A DNA stretch of 64,000 nucleotides, from the NCBI GenBank assembly GCA_965218585.1, contig CBDCLE010000012.1:96001-160000 (forward strand). The letters run 5' to 3'. The stretch's first letter is position 1; each line of letters begins with the position of its first letter. Source of the DNA: Terriglobia bacterium (lineage in GTDB: Bacteria; Acidobacteriota; Terriglobia; 20CM-2-55-15). The notes beneath the pieces are model-generated. The model had not been told where the DNA came from, ran no database searches, and saw only the letters and a program-made list of their open reading frames with translations. Made by a program: the position numbers and the translations under genes. This document shows, piece after piece, positions 52,419 through 63,141 of this stretch.

Positions 52419-52775
52419 CTAAAAGTCCTTGAGAGCGGCGCGGATGGCGTCTGAAGCAAGGACGCTGCAGTGGATCTTCGATGCCGGGAGTCCACCCAGT
52501 GCATCCGCGATCTGCTCACGCGTGATCGTCCGGGCCGCAGTCAAATCCATCCCGATCAGCATCTCTGTCGCGAAAGAACTCGTGGCGATGGCCGCCGGGC
52601 AACCCTGGGCCTTGAAGCTGGCGTCTTCGATCAACTTGCCGTTGAGCTTGATCCAGAGCTTCAGGACGTCGCCGCAAACCGGGTTGCTGACCTCGGCCGT
52701 CGTGTCCGCGTCAGCCAGTTCCCCGATACATCTCGGGTTTTCAAAGTAGTCGAGCAGCTTCTCCGAATACGCCAT
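52419..52775 (-). CDS. iscU: Fe-S scaffold protein (IscU/NifU-N)
   Basis: NPVCGD, GCPAAIA, KIHCS. Confidence 0.9.
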   Translation of the reverse strand: MAYSEKLLDYFENPRCIGELADADTTAEVSNPVCGDVLKLWIKLNGKLIEDASFKAQGCPAAIATSSFATEMLIGMDLTAARTITREQIADALGGLPASKIHCSVLASDAIRAALKDF

Positions 52776-52777
52776 AT

Positions 52778-53974
52778 CTATCTTTGCGCCTTCGCACCTT
52801 TGCGTTGAGAAGTCTTCTCCTTCTTATAGTACGGCGACAACTCCCTCAGTCTTTCCACGATCGGGGGCAACACTTCCACGAAGCGATCGATTTCGTTGTC
52901 TGTCGTGAGCGAACTCAAGCTGATGCGGAGGCTCCCGAATCCTTCATCCGGAGTCTTTCCGATGGCCGTCAAAACGTGCGAGGGTTCCATCGAACCGGAG
53001 GAACAGGCCGATCCGGTCGAAACGGCGATCCCTTTGAGGTCCAGAGAGATCACCAGACCTTCGCCCTCGGCGTAATCCACCATGATGTTGGACGTGTTGG
53101 GAAGGCGTGGAACGAGTTCTCCATTGATCTGGATGTCCGGAATCGCCTTCTTCAGACGTTCTTCCATACTGTCGCGCAACTCACCGATGTGGACCATCGT
53201 CGCAGCCAGATCCTGCCGGGCAAGTTCCCCAGCTGTCCCAAACCCGACGATCCCGGCTACGTTTTCGGTTCCTGCGCGCCGATTTCGTTCGTGTCCCCCA
53301 CCCGTCATCATGGGCCTGACAGGTGTTCCTTTCTTTATGAAGAGTGCGCCGACGCCCTTGGGTCCGTGGATCTTGTGGGAAGACATCGAATAGAGATGAA
53401 CCCCAAGTGCCGCCATGTCGACCGGTATCTTTCCCGTTGCCTGGACACCGTCCGAGTGGAAACAGATGCCAGCCTCTTCGGCGATCTGACCGATCTGTTC
53501 AATCGGCTGGATCGTTCCGATTTCGTTGTTGGCATGCATGACCGAGATCAGGATCGTGTCGGCGCGGATGGCCTCCCGGACCTGCTCGGCGTCAAGGATC
53601 CCGTCCGAGCCAACGGGCAGCCAAGTGACCTCAAAGCCCTTCTTTTCAAGGCCCTTTAACGTATTGAAGACGGCGTGATGCTCAATCTGCGAGGTGATAA
53701 TATGGCGCCCCTTGGAACTCTGAGATTCGACGATTCCCCGAATCGCCAGGTTGTCCGCCTCGGTTCCTCCACTCACGAACACGATTTCAGTGGTCTGGGC
53801 CCCGATCAGACGCGCGACCTGTTGTCGGGCATCGTCGATGGCGGCCTTAGCCTGCTGCCCGAACCAGTGAATAGAGGATGCGTTCCCGTACGCTTGGGTG
53901 AAGAAGGGAACCATGGCCTCGACCACCTCTGGCCGCATGGCCGTGGTTGCGTTATTGTCGAGATAGATGTGCAT
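52778..53974 (-). CDS. iscS: Cysteine desulfurase (IscS/NifS)
   Basis: YLDNNATT, SSHKIHGPKG, STGSACSSG. Confidence 0.93.
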   Translation of the reverse strand: MHIYLDNNATTAMRPEVVEAMVPFFTQAYGNASSIHWFGQQAKAAIDDARQQVARLIGAQTTEIVFVSGGTEADNLAIRGIVESQSSKGRHIITSQIEHHAVFNTLKGLEKKGFEVTWLPVGSDGILDAEQVREAIRADTILISVMHANNEIGTIQPIEQIGQIAEEAGICFHSDGVQATGKIPVDMAALGVHLYSMSSHKIHGPKGVGALFIKKGTPVRPMMTGGGHERNRRAGTENVAGIVGFGTAGELARQDLAATMVHIGELRDSMEERLKKAIPDIQINGELVPRLPNTSNIMVDYAEGEGLVISLDLKGIAVSTGSACSSGSMEPSHVLTAIGKTPDEGFGSLRISLSSLTTDNEIDRFVEVLPPIVERLRELSPYYKKEKTSQRKGAKAQR

Positions 53975-54062
53975 AATTGTTCGGATCTCGCGGGTCACTT
54001 CCGAAGATTAATTCGTTTAATCCACCCGGTTTAATCCGTGTCATCTGTGTATCGAGTCTAGC

Positions 54063-54812
54063 ATGATCATCACTCTGACAACCGACTTCGGACTGCGTGA
54101 TCCATATGTAGGAATCATGAAAGGAGTCATCCTGGGACTCGCTCCCCAGGTTCGCCTGATTGATATTACACATGATGTTGAATCGCATGACGTTGCTGAG
54201 GGTGCCTTCGCACTGCTTCGGCTGTTCGATACTTTCCTCCCGGAACCGTGCACCTGGGAGTTGTGGATCCTGGAGTCGGCTCAGAAAGGCGGCCGATAGC
54301 CGCTTCCGATGGTCGGCATCTCTTTGTCGGTCCCGACAACGGGCTTTTTTCTCTGTGCCTGGATGAGCAGGCCACGATGCATCACATCACGAATGACGAA
54401 CACTTCCTGAAGCCAGTAAGTGACACCTTTCATGGCCGTGATATATTCGCCCCGGTCGCAGCCCGACTGGCCGCAGGGATGGCTCTGGAGGCGGTGGGGC
54501 CGCCGATTCTCGATTTCTTGAAACTGACCTCGAGCAAGAGTCCCACCGTTCTCCATGTTGATCGGTTTGGAAACATTGTGACGAGCCTCCGGCCCCAGGA
54601 GTCTGACCACTGACTCAGTGCTCCGCATTTCAGGTACCCCCGTGAGCTCGTTCTATAGAACGTACGCGGAAGGACTGGCTGGCGAGCTTTTCATGGTTGT
54701 GGGCAGTTCGGGTTACGTCGAGGTGGCGATGAACCGGAATTCCGCGGCGGAACGTCTCGAAGTCACTCGAGGTTCCGATTTCGAAGTAGAAACTGGCCCA
54801 AGAAAGCAATAA
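54063..54812 (+). pseudogene. SAM hydroxide adenosyltransferase (DUF62 / chlorinase-fluorinase family), two frameshifts
   Basis: TLTTDFG, VVDPGVG, GPDNG, TFHGRDIF, DRFGN, GSSGYVE spread over three ORFs. Confidence 0.85.
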
Positions 54813-54911
54813 AATGAATACCTTTGCCGACAGGGCGTGTCCGAATACGGATTTATGGGAACGGTGCGAGACGCGCGCACCCTGTGTTAGAGGATCGAAG
54901 GAGGAAGCATA

Positions 54912-56030
54912 ATGCCGGCGGGACTTCAGGACGTTGTCGCGGGTCAGTCTGGAATCTGTTACATCGATGGGGACAAGGGGCTCTTGTCGTACCGTGGCTA
55001 CAATATCCACGAACTGGCGCCCAATTCGACCTTTGAAGAAACCTCCCATCTTCTCTGGTTCGGTACCCTGCCGACGAGTTCCGAGTTAGACACAACGTCT
55101 TCTGAGATGGCCAGTTACCGGCCCATCCCTGAAGACGTCATTGCGATGATGCGGCACTTCTCGAAATCTGCGACGCCTATGGAGGCCCTACGGACTGGCG
55201 TATCTGCCCTGTCAATGTTTGACTCGGAGGCCGAAGACGGTTCCCCGGAAGCCAACAAGCGAAAAGCGCTCCGGCTGACGGCACAGACCGCGACGGTCGT
55301 AGCGGCTGTAGCCCGGTTGCGGGATGGGAACGACCCGGTAGCTCCCCGGTCCGATTTGAGCCATGCGGGCAACTTCTATTACATGCTGACGGGCGAAGCC
55401 CCGAACGACACCATCGAGCGCGCTCTGGACATCGCGTTGATTCTGCACGCGGACCACGAATACAACGCGTCGACTTTTGCCGGACGGGTTACCGCGGGTA
55501 CGTTGTCCGACATGTATTCGGCCGTGACGTCAGGCATCGGAGCCCTCAAAGGGCCGCTTCACGGCGGAGCGAATGCCAACGTGATGAGGCTGCTTCTGGA
55601 AATCGGGGACGACTCCAAGGTCGAGAGCAAGGTGCATGAAATGTTGGCCGCCAAGACGAAGATTCCCGGCTTCGGTCACCGTGTTTATCGCACCGAGGAC
55701 CCGCGCGCGACGCACCTGCGCCGAATGTCGAAGGAATCGGGCGAGCGGGCCGGAAACACCAAGTGGTTCGACATGTCGACGCATATCGAGCAGATCGTGA
55801 ACAACGAAAAGAAGCTCAATGCAAACGTAGATTTCTATTCTGCGAGCACGTATTACGTGATCGGACTTCCGATCGATCTGTTCACACCGTTCTTTGCCGT
55901 CAGCCGGATGTCTGGTTGGACGGCACATATCCTGGAGCAGTACGCCGATAATCGTCTGATTCGACCCAGAGCCGAATATGTCGGCCCTGAACCCACCTTG
56001 AAGTGGGTGCCGGCCGACCAGCGAGGTTAA
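54912..56030 (+). CDS. gltA: Citrate synthase
   Basis: LHADHEYNASTF, GPLHGGAN, GFGHRVY, NVDFYS. Confidence 0.9.
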   Translation: MPAGLQDVVAGQSGICYIDGDKGLLSYRGYNIHELAPNSTFEETSHLLWFGTLPTSSELDTTSSEMASYRPIPEDVIAMMRHFSKSATPMEALRTGVSALSMFDSEAEDGSPEANKRKALRLTAQTATVVAAVARLRDGNDPVAPRSDLSHAGNFYYMLTGEAPNDTIERALDIALILHADHEYNASTFAGRVTAGTLSDMYSAVTSGIGALKGPLHGGANANVMRLLLEIGDDSKVESKVHEMLAAKTKIPGFGHRVYRTEDPRATHLRRMSKESGERAGNTKWFDMSTHIEQIVNNEKKLNANVDFYSASTYYVIGLPIDLFTPFFAVSRMSGWTAHILEQYADNRLIRPRAEYVGPEPTLKWVPADQRG

Positions 56031-57266
56031 GTGCCCTCACCGCCACGCAGTCGATGGGAAATTGAACTCAACACGTGGCCGCGCAAGATCATTGCGATCA
56101 CGTTGACGCTGGGAATCTGCGGCTTCATGTTCTATCAGACCTGGTGGCTGTTTCTCGCCGCCTGGATCACCCGCGAAGGCATTCCCGACCCCCAGATCTA
56201 CGAGCGTGCGATAGCCTACGACCCGGATAACGCCGACTACCGATTCACTCTTGCCCAGCTCTACAACTACTCGACTGAACATCTGGATTTGGAAAAGGCG
56301 CGGGAACAGTATCTGGCGGCCGTCCGTTTGAATCCCTACCGTGCTTCACATTGGCTGGAGCTTTCGAAGTTCTACGAACAAGATGGCAACGCCGAGGGTG
56401 CACGCGATGCGATGGCAAAGGGCCTGGAAATGGACCCTAATTACGCGCAGACACACTGGTCGGCAGCGAACCTTTTTATCAGGTTAGGGGATTTGACCGC
56501 AGCCGACTTTGAACTGCGACGGACAGCCGATCTGGATGTGAGCTACTTGACGCAGGTTCTGGATCTGGTCTGGCGCTTCTACGAAGATCCCGAACTGATC
56601 GTCGCCACGCATGTCCCCAATACGAAGGACGCCAATCTTTCGGCCATGAGTTATTTCATTGGACAGAACAGCGAATTGGGAGCCCGTTTGTCCTGGGAAC
56701 GCTTGCAGACCTTCAACACCAATCCGCAGGAACGTTTCGGATACGTGAACTATCTGGTAAACAGGGGACAGCCTCATGATGCCCATAAGGTTTTTTCGAG
56801 TAGCAACGAGCTCGCTACGGTATTCAACGGTGGTTTCGAAACACAGCCGATGAACGGTGGATTCGACTGGCGCTCTTCCTCATGGGAGCATGCCGAAGCC
56901 CGCAGGGACACGACCCAGTCGCAGGAAGGTTTCGCCAGTTTCCTGATCGAGTTCTCGGGAGAGGAAAACGTCAACTACTCCCACCTCTGGCAATGGTTGC
57001 CTGTGGAGCAAGGTAATGATTACGAACTCACGTTCTGGATGAGGACCGAAGCTATTTCTACCGATGAGGGTGTCTTCTTGGAAGTCGACGGGCAGAGGAC
57101 GGATGCACCTCTCGGGACGACCTACTGGCAGGAGTTCACAGTCCCTTTCACTGCCTCCTCGGATCTGGTCACAGTTCGTGTACGACGGATTCCGAGCGGG
57201 AAGTTCGACAACCTGTTGGGTGGAAAAGTCTGGTTGGATGAGTTTCAGTTAGCGGTGGCGGAATAG
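56031..57266 (+). CDS. Membrane-anchored TPR protein with C-terminal carbohydrate-binding-like domain
   Basis: N-terminal TM, TPR-like helices, NGGFE...GKVWLD. Confidence 0.7.
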   Translation: MPSPPRSRWEIELNTWPRKIIAITLTLGICGFMFYQTWWLFLAAWITREGIPDPQIYERAIAYDPDNADYRFTLAQLYNYSTEHLDLEKAREQYLAAVRLNPYRASHWLELSKFYEQDGNAEGARDAMAKGLEMDPNYAQTHWSAANLFIRLGDLTAADFELRRTADLDVSYLTQVLDLVWRFYEDPELIVATHVPNTKDANLSAMSYFIGQNSELGARLSWERLQTFNTNPQERFGYVNYLVNRGQPHDAHKVFSSSNELATVFNGGFETQPMNGGFDWRSSSWEHAEARRDTTQSQEGFASFLIEFSGEENVNYSHLWQWLPVEQGNDYELTFWMRTEAISTDEGVFLEVDGQRTDAPLGTTYWQEFTVPFTASSDLVTVRVRRIPSGKFDNLLGGKVWLDEFQLAVAE

Positions 57267-57272
57267 TTCTTA

Positions 57273-57764
57273 ATGCAGCATTGGTACGCCCTCTACACTC
57301 GCCCGCGACACGAGAAGCAGGTCCTGCAGGAGCTGACAAACTATCGGATTGAAGCCTATCTTCCCACCCATAAGATCCGGAGGCGCTGGAGTGACCGGTA
57401 CAAGATCGTCGAAGAGCCGCTCTTCAAGAATTATCTCTTCGTCCGGATCGACTCCGAGCACTATCGGAAGGCCCTGAAACCGTACGGGGCAGTTTCATTT
57501 GTAACTGTTGAAGGGGCGCCTGCAATCATTCCCGACGAGCAAGTCGAGGCCGTGAAGATCCTGGTGACGTCCGAGATCCCGCACAACCCGTACCCCTATC
57601 TGAAAGCCGGGAGAAAGATACGAGTCAGATACGGTCCTCTGGAAGGTTGTGAGGGCGCGTTGGTCAGGAAGAGAGGCATTGATCGCTTAGTCGTAACAGT
57701 GGATCTACTACTCCAGCGATCCATAGAAGCTGAGCTGGATGCGGCATGGATTGAACCCAGGTGA
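57273..57764 (+). CDS. UpxY-family (NusG paralog) transcription antiterminator
   Basis: WYALYTRPRHEK, RRWSDR..EPLF.NY.F, KOW GPLEG. Confidence 0.9.
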   Translation: MQHWYALYTRPRHEKQVLQELTNYRIEAYLPTHKIRRRWSDRYKIVEEPLFKNYLFVRIDSEHYRKALKPYGAVSFVTVEGAPAIIPDEQVEAVKILVTSEIPHNPYPYLKAGRKIRVRYGPLEGCEGALVRKRGIDRLVVTVDLLLQRSIEAELDAAWIEPR

Positions 57765-57881
57765 CTCTGCCAGCCATCTGAGGATAGTGCCAGCAACACG
57801 ATTCTAGTCAAATGTGGTTCCGGTAACCGTTTCTTGAAGCTAGAACACGCTCTGAAGGTGAGTCAAGGTTGGGTAATAGCG

Positions 57882-58787
57882 TCAGAAGTTCTTGTTTCTT
57901 GCGACGATGTGGAGTGTGTACTTGCCGCTAGGATAGAGATCCGACTGGAGAACCTCGAAGCCATGTCTGTCGAACAATGCGAAAAAATTGTTGAAGAAAT
58001 ATCCATCACCGCTCAGTACAGGTTTATCAGGATCTACATCTTCGGGCTTAACTATCTTCAATAGATTAAGTGAGTCGACCGGCTGTTCCCAGGCTTCTGC
58101 GAAATAGACGTATTTGGCAGTAGTTGAGAGCAACGCGACGTACGCATCCAGCTCTCTGGGATGAAATCCTGTTGCTGTGCTCTTGAAGAAAAACAGATCT
58201 CCCCGTAGCTCGCCTGTTCTTAAGAGGTCATGTTGATATCCTTGAACGCACTTCCAGTTTGATCTTGCCGAATAGGAAGGCAGCAGCGTGTTTTGAATCT
58301 CTTCCAGGTCTTCCATTACGTCATTTGAGACGAATTGAACGTCGGGGTGATTGCGCGACAGCCATTCGGAAATGTTGTCAAGCCCGCAACCGACATTTAC
58401 GACGGTTCTGATTTCCGACGCATGTTCTTTCAGAAATCGATCCAGGTAGATCGTCGCGGCGAGATAACCGTCTGACCGGCCAAGATCGCCACCGTGAACC
58501 TCTTCGTCTGATAGAATCCGAGCGCGAGGCATATGAGCGGATTCCAGGAATCGTTCGAGACGCGGGGCCGCTAGTTGCTTCAGTTGGGCTTCATCCGGGG
58601 CGCCCGGACTGTTTCTGGACGCCGCCTTCCGTACGTATGCCTCATAAACCCTGAGCGACCTACTTGCAAAAGATATGATCCTGCCAGTGAGCAGTTGAAA
58701 TCGCAGCAGAAATCCTCGCCTTATGTTTAGCTTCAAATAGTCTCGGATCGGGATGTGCAATCGAGTTTTTCGATGCCGTGAAGCCAT
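57882..58787 (-). CDS. SAM-dependent methyltransferase-like protein
   Basis: VVNVGCG motif; polysaccharide-locus context. Confidence 0.5.
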   Translation of the reverse strand: MASRHRKTRLHIPIRDYLKLNIRRGFLLRFQLLTGRIISFASRSLRVYEAYVRKAASRNSPGAPDEAQLKQLAAPRLERFLESAHMPRARILSDEEVHGGDLGRSDGYLAATIYLDRFLKEHASEIRTVVNVGCGLDNISEWLSRNHPDVQFVSNDVMEDLEEIQNTLLPSYSARSNWKCVQGYQHDLLRTGELRGDLFFFKSTATGFHPRELDAYVALLSTTAKYVYFAEAWEQPVDSLNLLKIVKPEDVDPDKPVLSGDGYFFNNFFALFDRHGFEVLQSDLYPSGKYTLHIVARNKNF

Positions 58788-58856
58788 TGAGTGTGAATCC
58801 TTATGAATATTTGGAAGCTTTCGGTGAGTTGTTTCGTGTACTCGGTTTTCGAAATT

Positions 58857-59837
58857 CTAAATCCATTGAGGGTTGAGGAGGATGTTTTGGATTGGAGCGA
58901 AAGATCTTGGGGGAATTCTCGGAGTTCGCTCCAGGAATCCCTGAATCGTTTCAAACATTCTCTTCGTTGTGCAGGGCAAGGCCTTTGAGCGGAAGCGCGC
59001 AGCCATGTAGCTGTGCAACGCTTGATCAACCAGTTCTCTCGCTGAATCGCGATCGATGCCCAGCGAGGTTAGAACCGCTTCCGATTCTTCAACAAACGTC
59101 TTATGCCCATCTTTCCACCGTGGCATTCTGAGCCAGTCCGCCGCAGTTGGGAGACCGTAGTCCCCAGGTCGAGGGACCTGGCGCGCAATGAAGAAAGTGT
59201 CTAGCTTCTTGCACCTTCCTCGAGCGACTGAGGACCCGTTGACGAGAAGTTCCATGAAGTTTATGTCGGGACACTTTTCAACTGGTAAGAGGTCTTCGAT
59301 GAACTCACTACGTCGGCGCAGTGCCAGGTACGGCAGAAAAAGACCAGGACCAAAGTAGTGGGTGAATCGACCCCCTGGATCGTCACCTTCATTGCTCCCC
59401 ATCCTGTAAAAATCACTTGTTAGGGCAGTTATGCGCTGCGGATGATCGGGCTTGAAGGTCATGCCCCAACCGCACGCGATTCTGTACTCGGGGTGATGGT
59501 CCAAGAAACGGGCACATTCATATAGCCCGTTGGGGATGACGAAATTGTCGTCCTCGACGAAGACTGCCAAATCCTCAGACCCGGCTCTCAGAATATCGAG
59601 AAGCGACTCGTGGAGAGTTCGATGTGGAGTCTGAATATATCGGATCGTGATGTCGGAATCCCATCGCTCAATGACCTTTTGGTTTTGGTCGATCGTTGTC
59701 GCTTCGGTAGAGGCGTCTCCGACCGTAATGGGGCTCGCAAGGTGTTGCCCGGCATAGTAACGGAGCAGGCGATTGAGAAAGAACGGGCGATCAAGTGTGG
59801 GGACGTATATTCCGACTTTCTCTAGCTCAACGTCCAT
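58857..59837 (-). CDS. TIGR00180-like GT2 glycosyltransferase
   Basis: VPT.DRP.FL.RLL.YY, GDAS, EDDNF. Confidence 0.7.
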   Translation of the reverse strand: MDVELEKVGIYVPTLDRPFFLNRLLRYYAGQHLASPITVGDASTEATTIDQNQKVIERWDSDITIRYIQTPHRTLHESLLDILRAGSEDLAVFVEDDNFVIPNGLYECARFLDHHPEYRIACGWGMTFKPDHPQRITALTSDFYRMGSNEGDDPGGRFTHYFGPGLFLPYLALRRRSEFIEDLLPVEKCPDINFMELLVNGSSVARGRCKKLDTFFIARQVPRPGDYGLPTAADWLRMPRWKDGHKTFVEESEAVLTSLGIDRDSARELVDQALHSYMAARFRSKALPCTTKRMFETIQGFLERTPRIPPRSFAPIQNILLNPQWI

Positions 59838-60280
59838 TTCTTTTCGTATTCCTTCTTCCAGCCCAGCTCCGGAGAAGGGCCCTCTTGATTCGAATCCCAC
59901 ACCTTGTGTCGAAGTTCCCAGCGATCGTTGGTTCTCGTCCAGAGGTGAGGGGATCTGAACGAATCGGCCAAGGTCTCGAAGTAATCGCGGGTGACCATAG
60001 GTTGTTCGAAGAAGTCAGAGATATGGCCGAAAGTTCGGATCGGTAAGCTGAGATACTCAAATAGTTCGTCGATAAAGCGTTCAGGGAATTCCCCGTCGTA
60101 GCGCCTGACAAGGGCCACTGCTTCTTCGCGCGTAAGATCACCTGAACGAATCTCCTGAGCTGCGTCATATGTTGCTCGCCCGATTCCAAACTTTACGTGT
60201 GTTGTGTAGAAGTTCAAGTCGTCGATCTTGTCGTCGATGCTGGCGTACTTACTAAACGTTCCCGGATTTCTTTCTGGGCA
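59822..60280 (-). pseudogene. N-acetyl sugar amidotransferase, C-terminal fragment
   Basis: GTFSKYASIDDKIDD..FY..KFGIGRATYDAAQEIR.G.TREEA. Confidence 0.8.
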
Positions 60281-60282
60281 GG

Positions 60283-60462
60283 GACGATGTCACGATCGAG
60301 CCTGTCGGATCAGATCAGTTCCCGCTTCCGGCACCGAGAGGGAGGTCGGAAGCACTCCGAAACCTGAAGCTCGAATCGACAGGTTTCTACAAGATGCGGC
60401 CCTGGCAGGAGGTGGTCGAAGAGTACCTGGTCCAGGAAGTGATGCCTGTCTTGTCTGACTAA
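60283..60462 (+). pseudogene. RmlD (dTDP-4-dehydrorhamnose reductase)-like C-terminal fragment
   Basis: Manual translation DDVTIEPVGSDQFPLPAPRGRSEALRNLKL...MRPWQEVVEEYL. Confidence 0.6.
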
Positions 60463-60532
60463 GAACCGACGAGAAAGTGATCAATGAGCAATTGCAAGTA
60501 GGATCGCTATCAACCATTGATCACCTGCCACT

Positions 60533-61494
60533 GTGAAAGAACAGGATATCCGTCCCCAGGCCCTGTTCAACCGCTACCTCGAGCTTGCGGCAGGAGATGT
60601 CGAACGTTTCTTTTCGAAGACGGCCGACTTTGTCGAGGTTAACTGTCCTGCCTGTGCCGGCACCTCGTCCCATCTGGCCTTCGAGAAGCTCTCGTTCGGA
60701 TACCGGCTATGCGAGGACTGCGCGTCACTCTTCGTGTCTCCCCGGCCCACCCCTTCGATGATCAATACGTACTACCGGGATGGCGCGTCCGTACATTTCT
60801 GGGCCACGGACTTCTTCAAGCAGACGGCCGATGCCCGCCGTGTGCGCATCTTCCGTCCACGGGCGTTGTTCGTCGAGGAATGGTCGCGTAAGATAAATCC
60901 TAACGGCAAGCGATTTGCCGACATCGGATCCGGCTATGGCATTTTTCTCGACGAAACCCAGGCGCTCAATATCTTCGATGACGTGATCGGTATCGAGCCT
61001 TCGCCGCCATTGGCTGCAGTCTGCCGCGAGCGTGGTTTCACAATCGTCGAGGACACGATCGAACAATGCCATCTAGATGGACCATCACCATCGGTCATGA
61101 CCAGCTTCGAGTTTTTGGAGCATGCGTTTGATCCGTCCGAATTTCTTGGAGCGGTCCGAAAGCTTCTGGCGCCGGGTGGTCTGTTGATTTTTACGACACT
61201 CACCGTCAGTGGGTTTGACATTCAGGTCTTGTGGGAACATTCTAAGAGCGCGCATCCGCCCCAGCATCTGAACTTGCTGTCGTCGAGGGTGTTCGGCCGC
61301 TGATCTCCCGGTGTGGTTTCCATCTGCACAATCTGGAAACGCCGGGCGAACTGGACGTCGACATCGTCCGCAATACACTCGCCGAGGACCCCGAGATTTC
61401 CCAAAACGATGACGCCTCAGTGAGGAATGCATTTCAGGAGTTCCTCAAGGCCAATCGTTTGAGTTCCCACCTGAGAGCCGTCGCTTCGAAGTAA
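60533..61494 (+). pseudogene. Class I SAM methyltransferase with Zn-finger, frameshifted near C-terminus
   Basis: CPAC..CEDC, DIGSGYG, FEFLEH, PPQHLN; ETPGELDVDIV continues in another frame. Confidence 0.8.
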
Positions 61495-62012
61495 TGTCGT
61501 CCACCAGCCCCGAAATCACAGTCCTGATGACCGTTTACAACGGCGTTGCCTTTCTAGCCGAAGCCGTCGAGAGCGTTCTCAACCAGACGTTCACCGACTT
61601 TGAGTTCCTCATCGTTGACGACGCCAGCACCGATAATTCCGTCGAGTTGATACGATCTTATGAGGATTCGAGAATACGCCTTGTCCTGAACAGTGAAAAC
61701 ATGGGACAGGCAGCGTCTTTGAACGTGGGATTGGAACTGGCGCCCGAACAGCTCGACCTGTCTGATGCCGAAGCGGCATCCCTCGCCCGCAGGGTTCATC
61801 GTCGTCTTGGCCCCGGCGTTGCAGTGGTCATGCACCTCCGGACCCTGCCCTCGGCTGTTCTGTTTCCCCTTCTGGTCGGGCTATCTCCCATGCTGGTCTC
61901 GCCCCTGAGGAAATTGGCCACGCTCCTCAATCAGAAGCTGCCCGAACTGCGTTATCCAGGACGTTTTGTTCAGTCCAGGGCAGAGCGTCTGATCGGCCAG
62001 CGCCCACAGTGA
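61494..62012 (+). pseudogene. GT2 glycosyltransferase with internal deletion
   Basis: VLMTVYN...DDASTD...SLNVGLELA then jumps near 61742 to a C-terminal segment; no DxD motif. Confidence 0.7.
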
Positions 62013-62016
62013 GACA

Positions 62017-63141
62017 TTGACGGTCCCCGCGGCGCCCCTGCCTTCGCTCCGTAGCATCCTTCGGGCAATCCGGACACCTTTCGATTTCAGAAATTCCCTC
62101 TGGGCAGATGATCCGCGCCGTTTGTATCTGTTTGGCAGCGGCCGCACGGCCCTGGCAGGAGGCATCGAGGGCTATCGCCGCGTGCGCGGAGGAGACAGCG
62201 TTCGGATCTGGTGGCCCGGTTACATCTGTGTCGAAGCCCTGGCCGGGTTCAGCGACGTCCCAGTAAGCTTCGAGTTTTATCGGCTGCGTCCCGACCTCAC
62301 GCCGGACTGGGAGAGGCTGGGTCCGGTACCATCTGCCGAACACGGCGAATTACAGGTTCTCGTCCTGGTGCACTATTTCGGATTTCCGAGCGACACCACA
62401 GGTGCCCGTCGATTTGCCGACGAGCACCGAATGCTACTGGTTGAAGACGCGGCTCACCTGCTTGGTATGACGCCTGGGATTGGTTCCGGAGACATGTTGG
62501 TTTTTAGTCCCTGGAAATTGTTGCCCGTACCATCGGGAGGGGTCCTCGTCACCGACGCGGAGGTGGCAGAAGATCTGGAAACATCCGGAAGGGGCGATGC
62601 GGCCGGTTTACTGGGTTGGATGGTGGTGAGGTTCCTGCAGCGAGCCCTGAGACGTCTCGGCATCTCCTGGCATGGTTTTTTGGGATTCACCGCTTTGCGC
62701 CACAGTCTGCAGTCAAACATCACACCTAACGTCTCCAATCGTATGGGCCGTTTCGTCGCCCACCTGCTTCAGGTCGAATCGCAGGAAGCCGAACGCGTGC
62801 GAGAAAACCGCCGTCGCAACTACCGGGCTTTGATTGAAGAAATTAAGAAGATAAAGGGCGTTCGACCGCTGTTTCCGGACCTACCGGATGGTGTGTGTCC
62901 ATATGTGTTCCCTATCGTCCTTGAGACACCGAGCGTTCCCGTGGCTTCCAGATTGGAATTGGCCGGGATTCCCGGGTTCGTGTGGCCGGAGTTGCCAGAA
63001 GCGATCGCCGTCAACTCCGACCTCAATCGCGAAGTTCAGGACCTGCGTGACCACATTCTGCTTCTGCCTGTGCACCAGGATCTTGATGATGCGGATATCA
63101 AGGACATCGTCCTGAATGTCAGAAGCGCTGTGATGGGCTGA
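62017..63141 (+). CDS. DegT/DnrJ/EryC1/StrS-like PLP-fold protein
   Basis: SGRTAL, VHYFG, EDAAH, FSPWK, LPVHQ. Confidence 0.75.
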   Translation: MTVPAAPLPSLRSILRAIRTPFDFRNSLWADDPRRLYLFGSGRTALAGGIEGYRRVRGGDSVRIWWPGYICVEALAGFSDVPVSFEFYRLRPDLTPDWERLGPVPSAEHGELQVLVLVHYFGFPSDTTGARRFADEHRMLLVEDAAHLLGMTPGIGSGDMLVFSPWKLLPVPSGGVLVTDAEVAEDLETSGRGDAAGLLGWMVVRFLQRALRRLGISWHGFLGFTALRHSLQSNITPNVSNRMGRFVAHLLQVESQEAERVRENRRRNYRALIEEIKKIKGVRPLFPDLPDGVCPYVFPIVLETPSVPVASRLELAGIPGFVWPELPEAIAVNSDLNREVQDLRDHILLLPVHQDLDDADIKDIVLNVRSAVMG

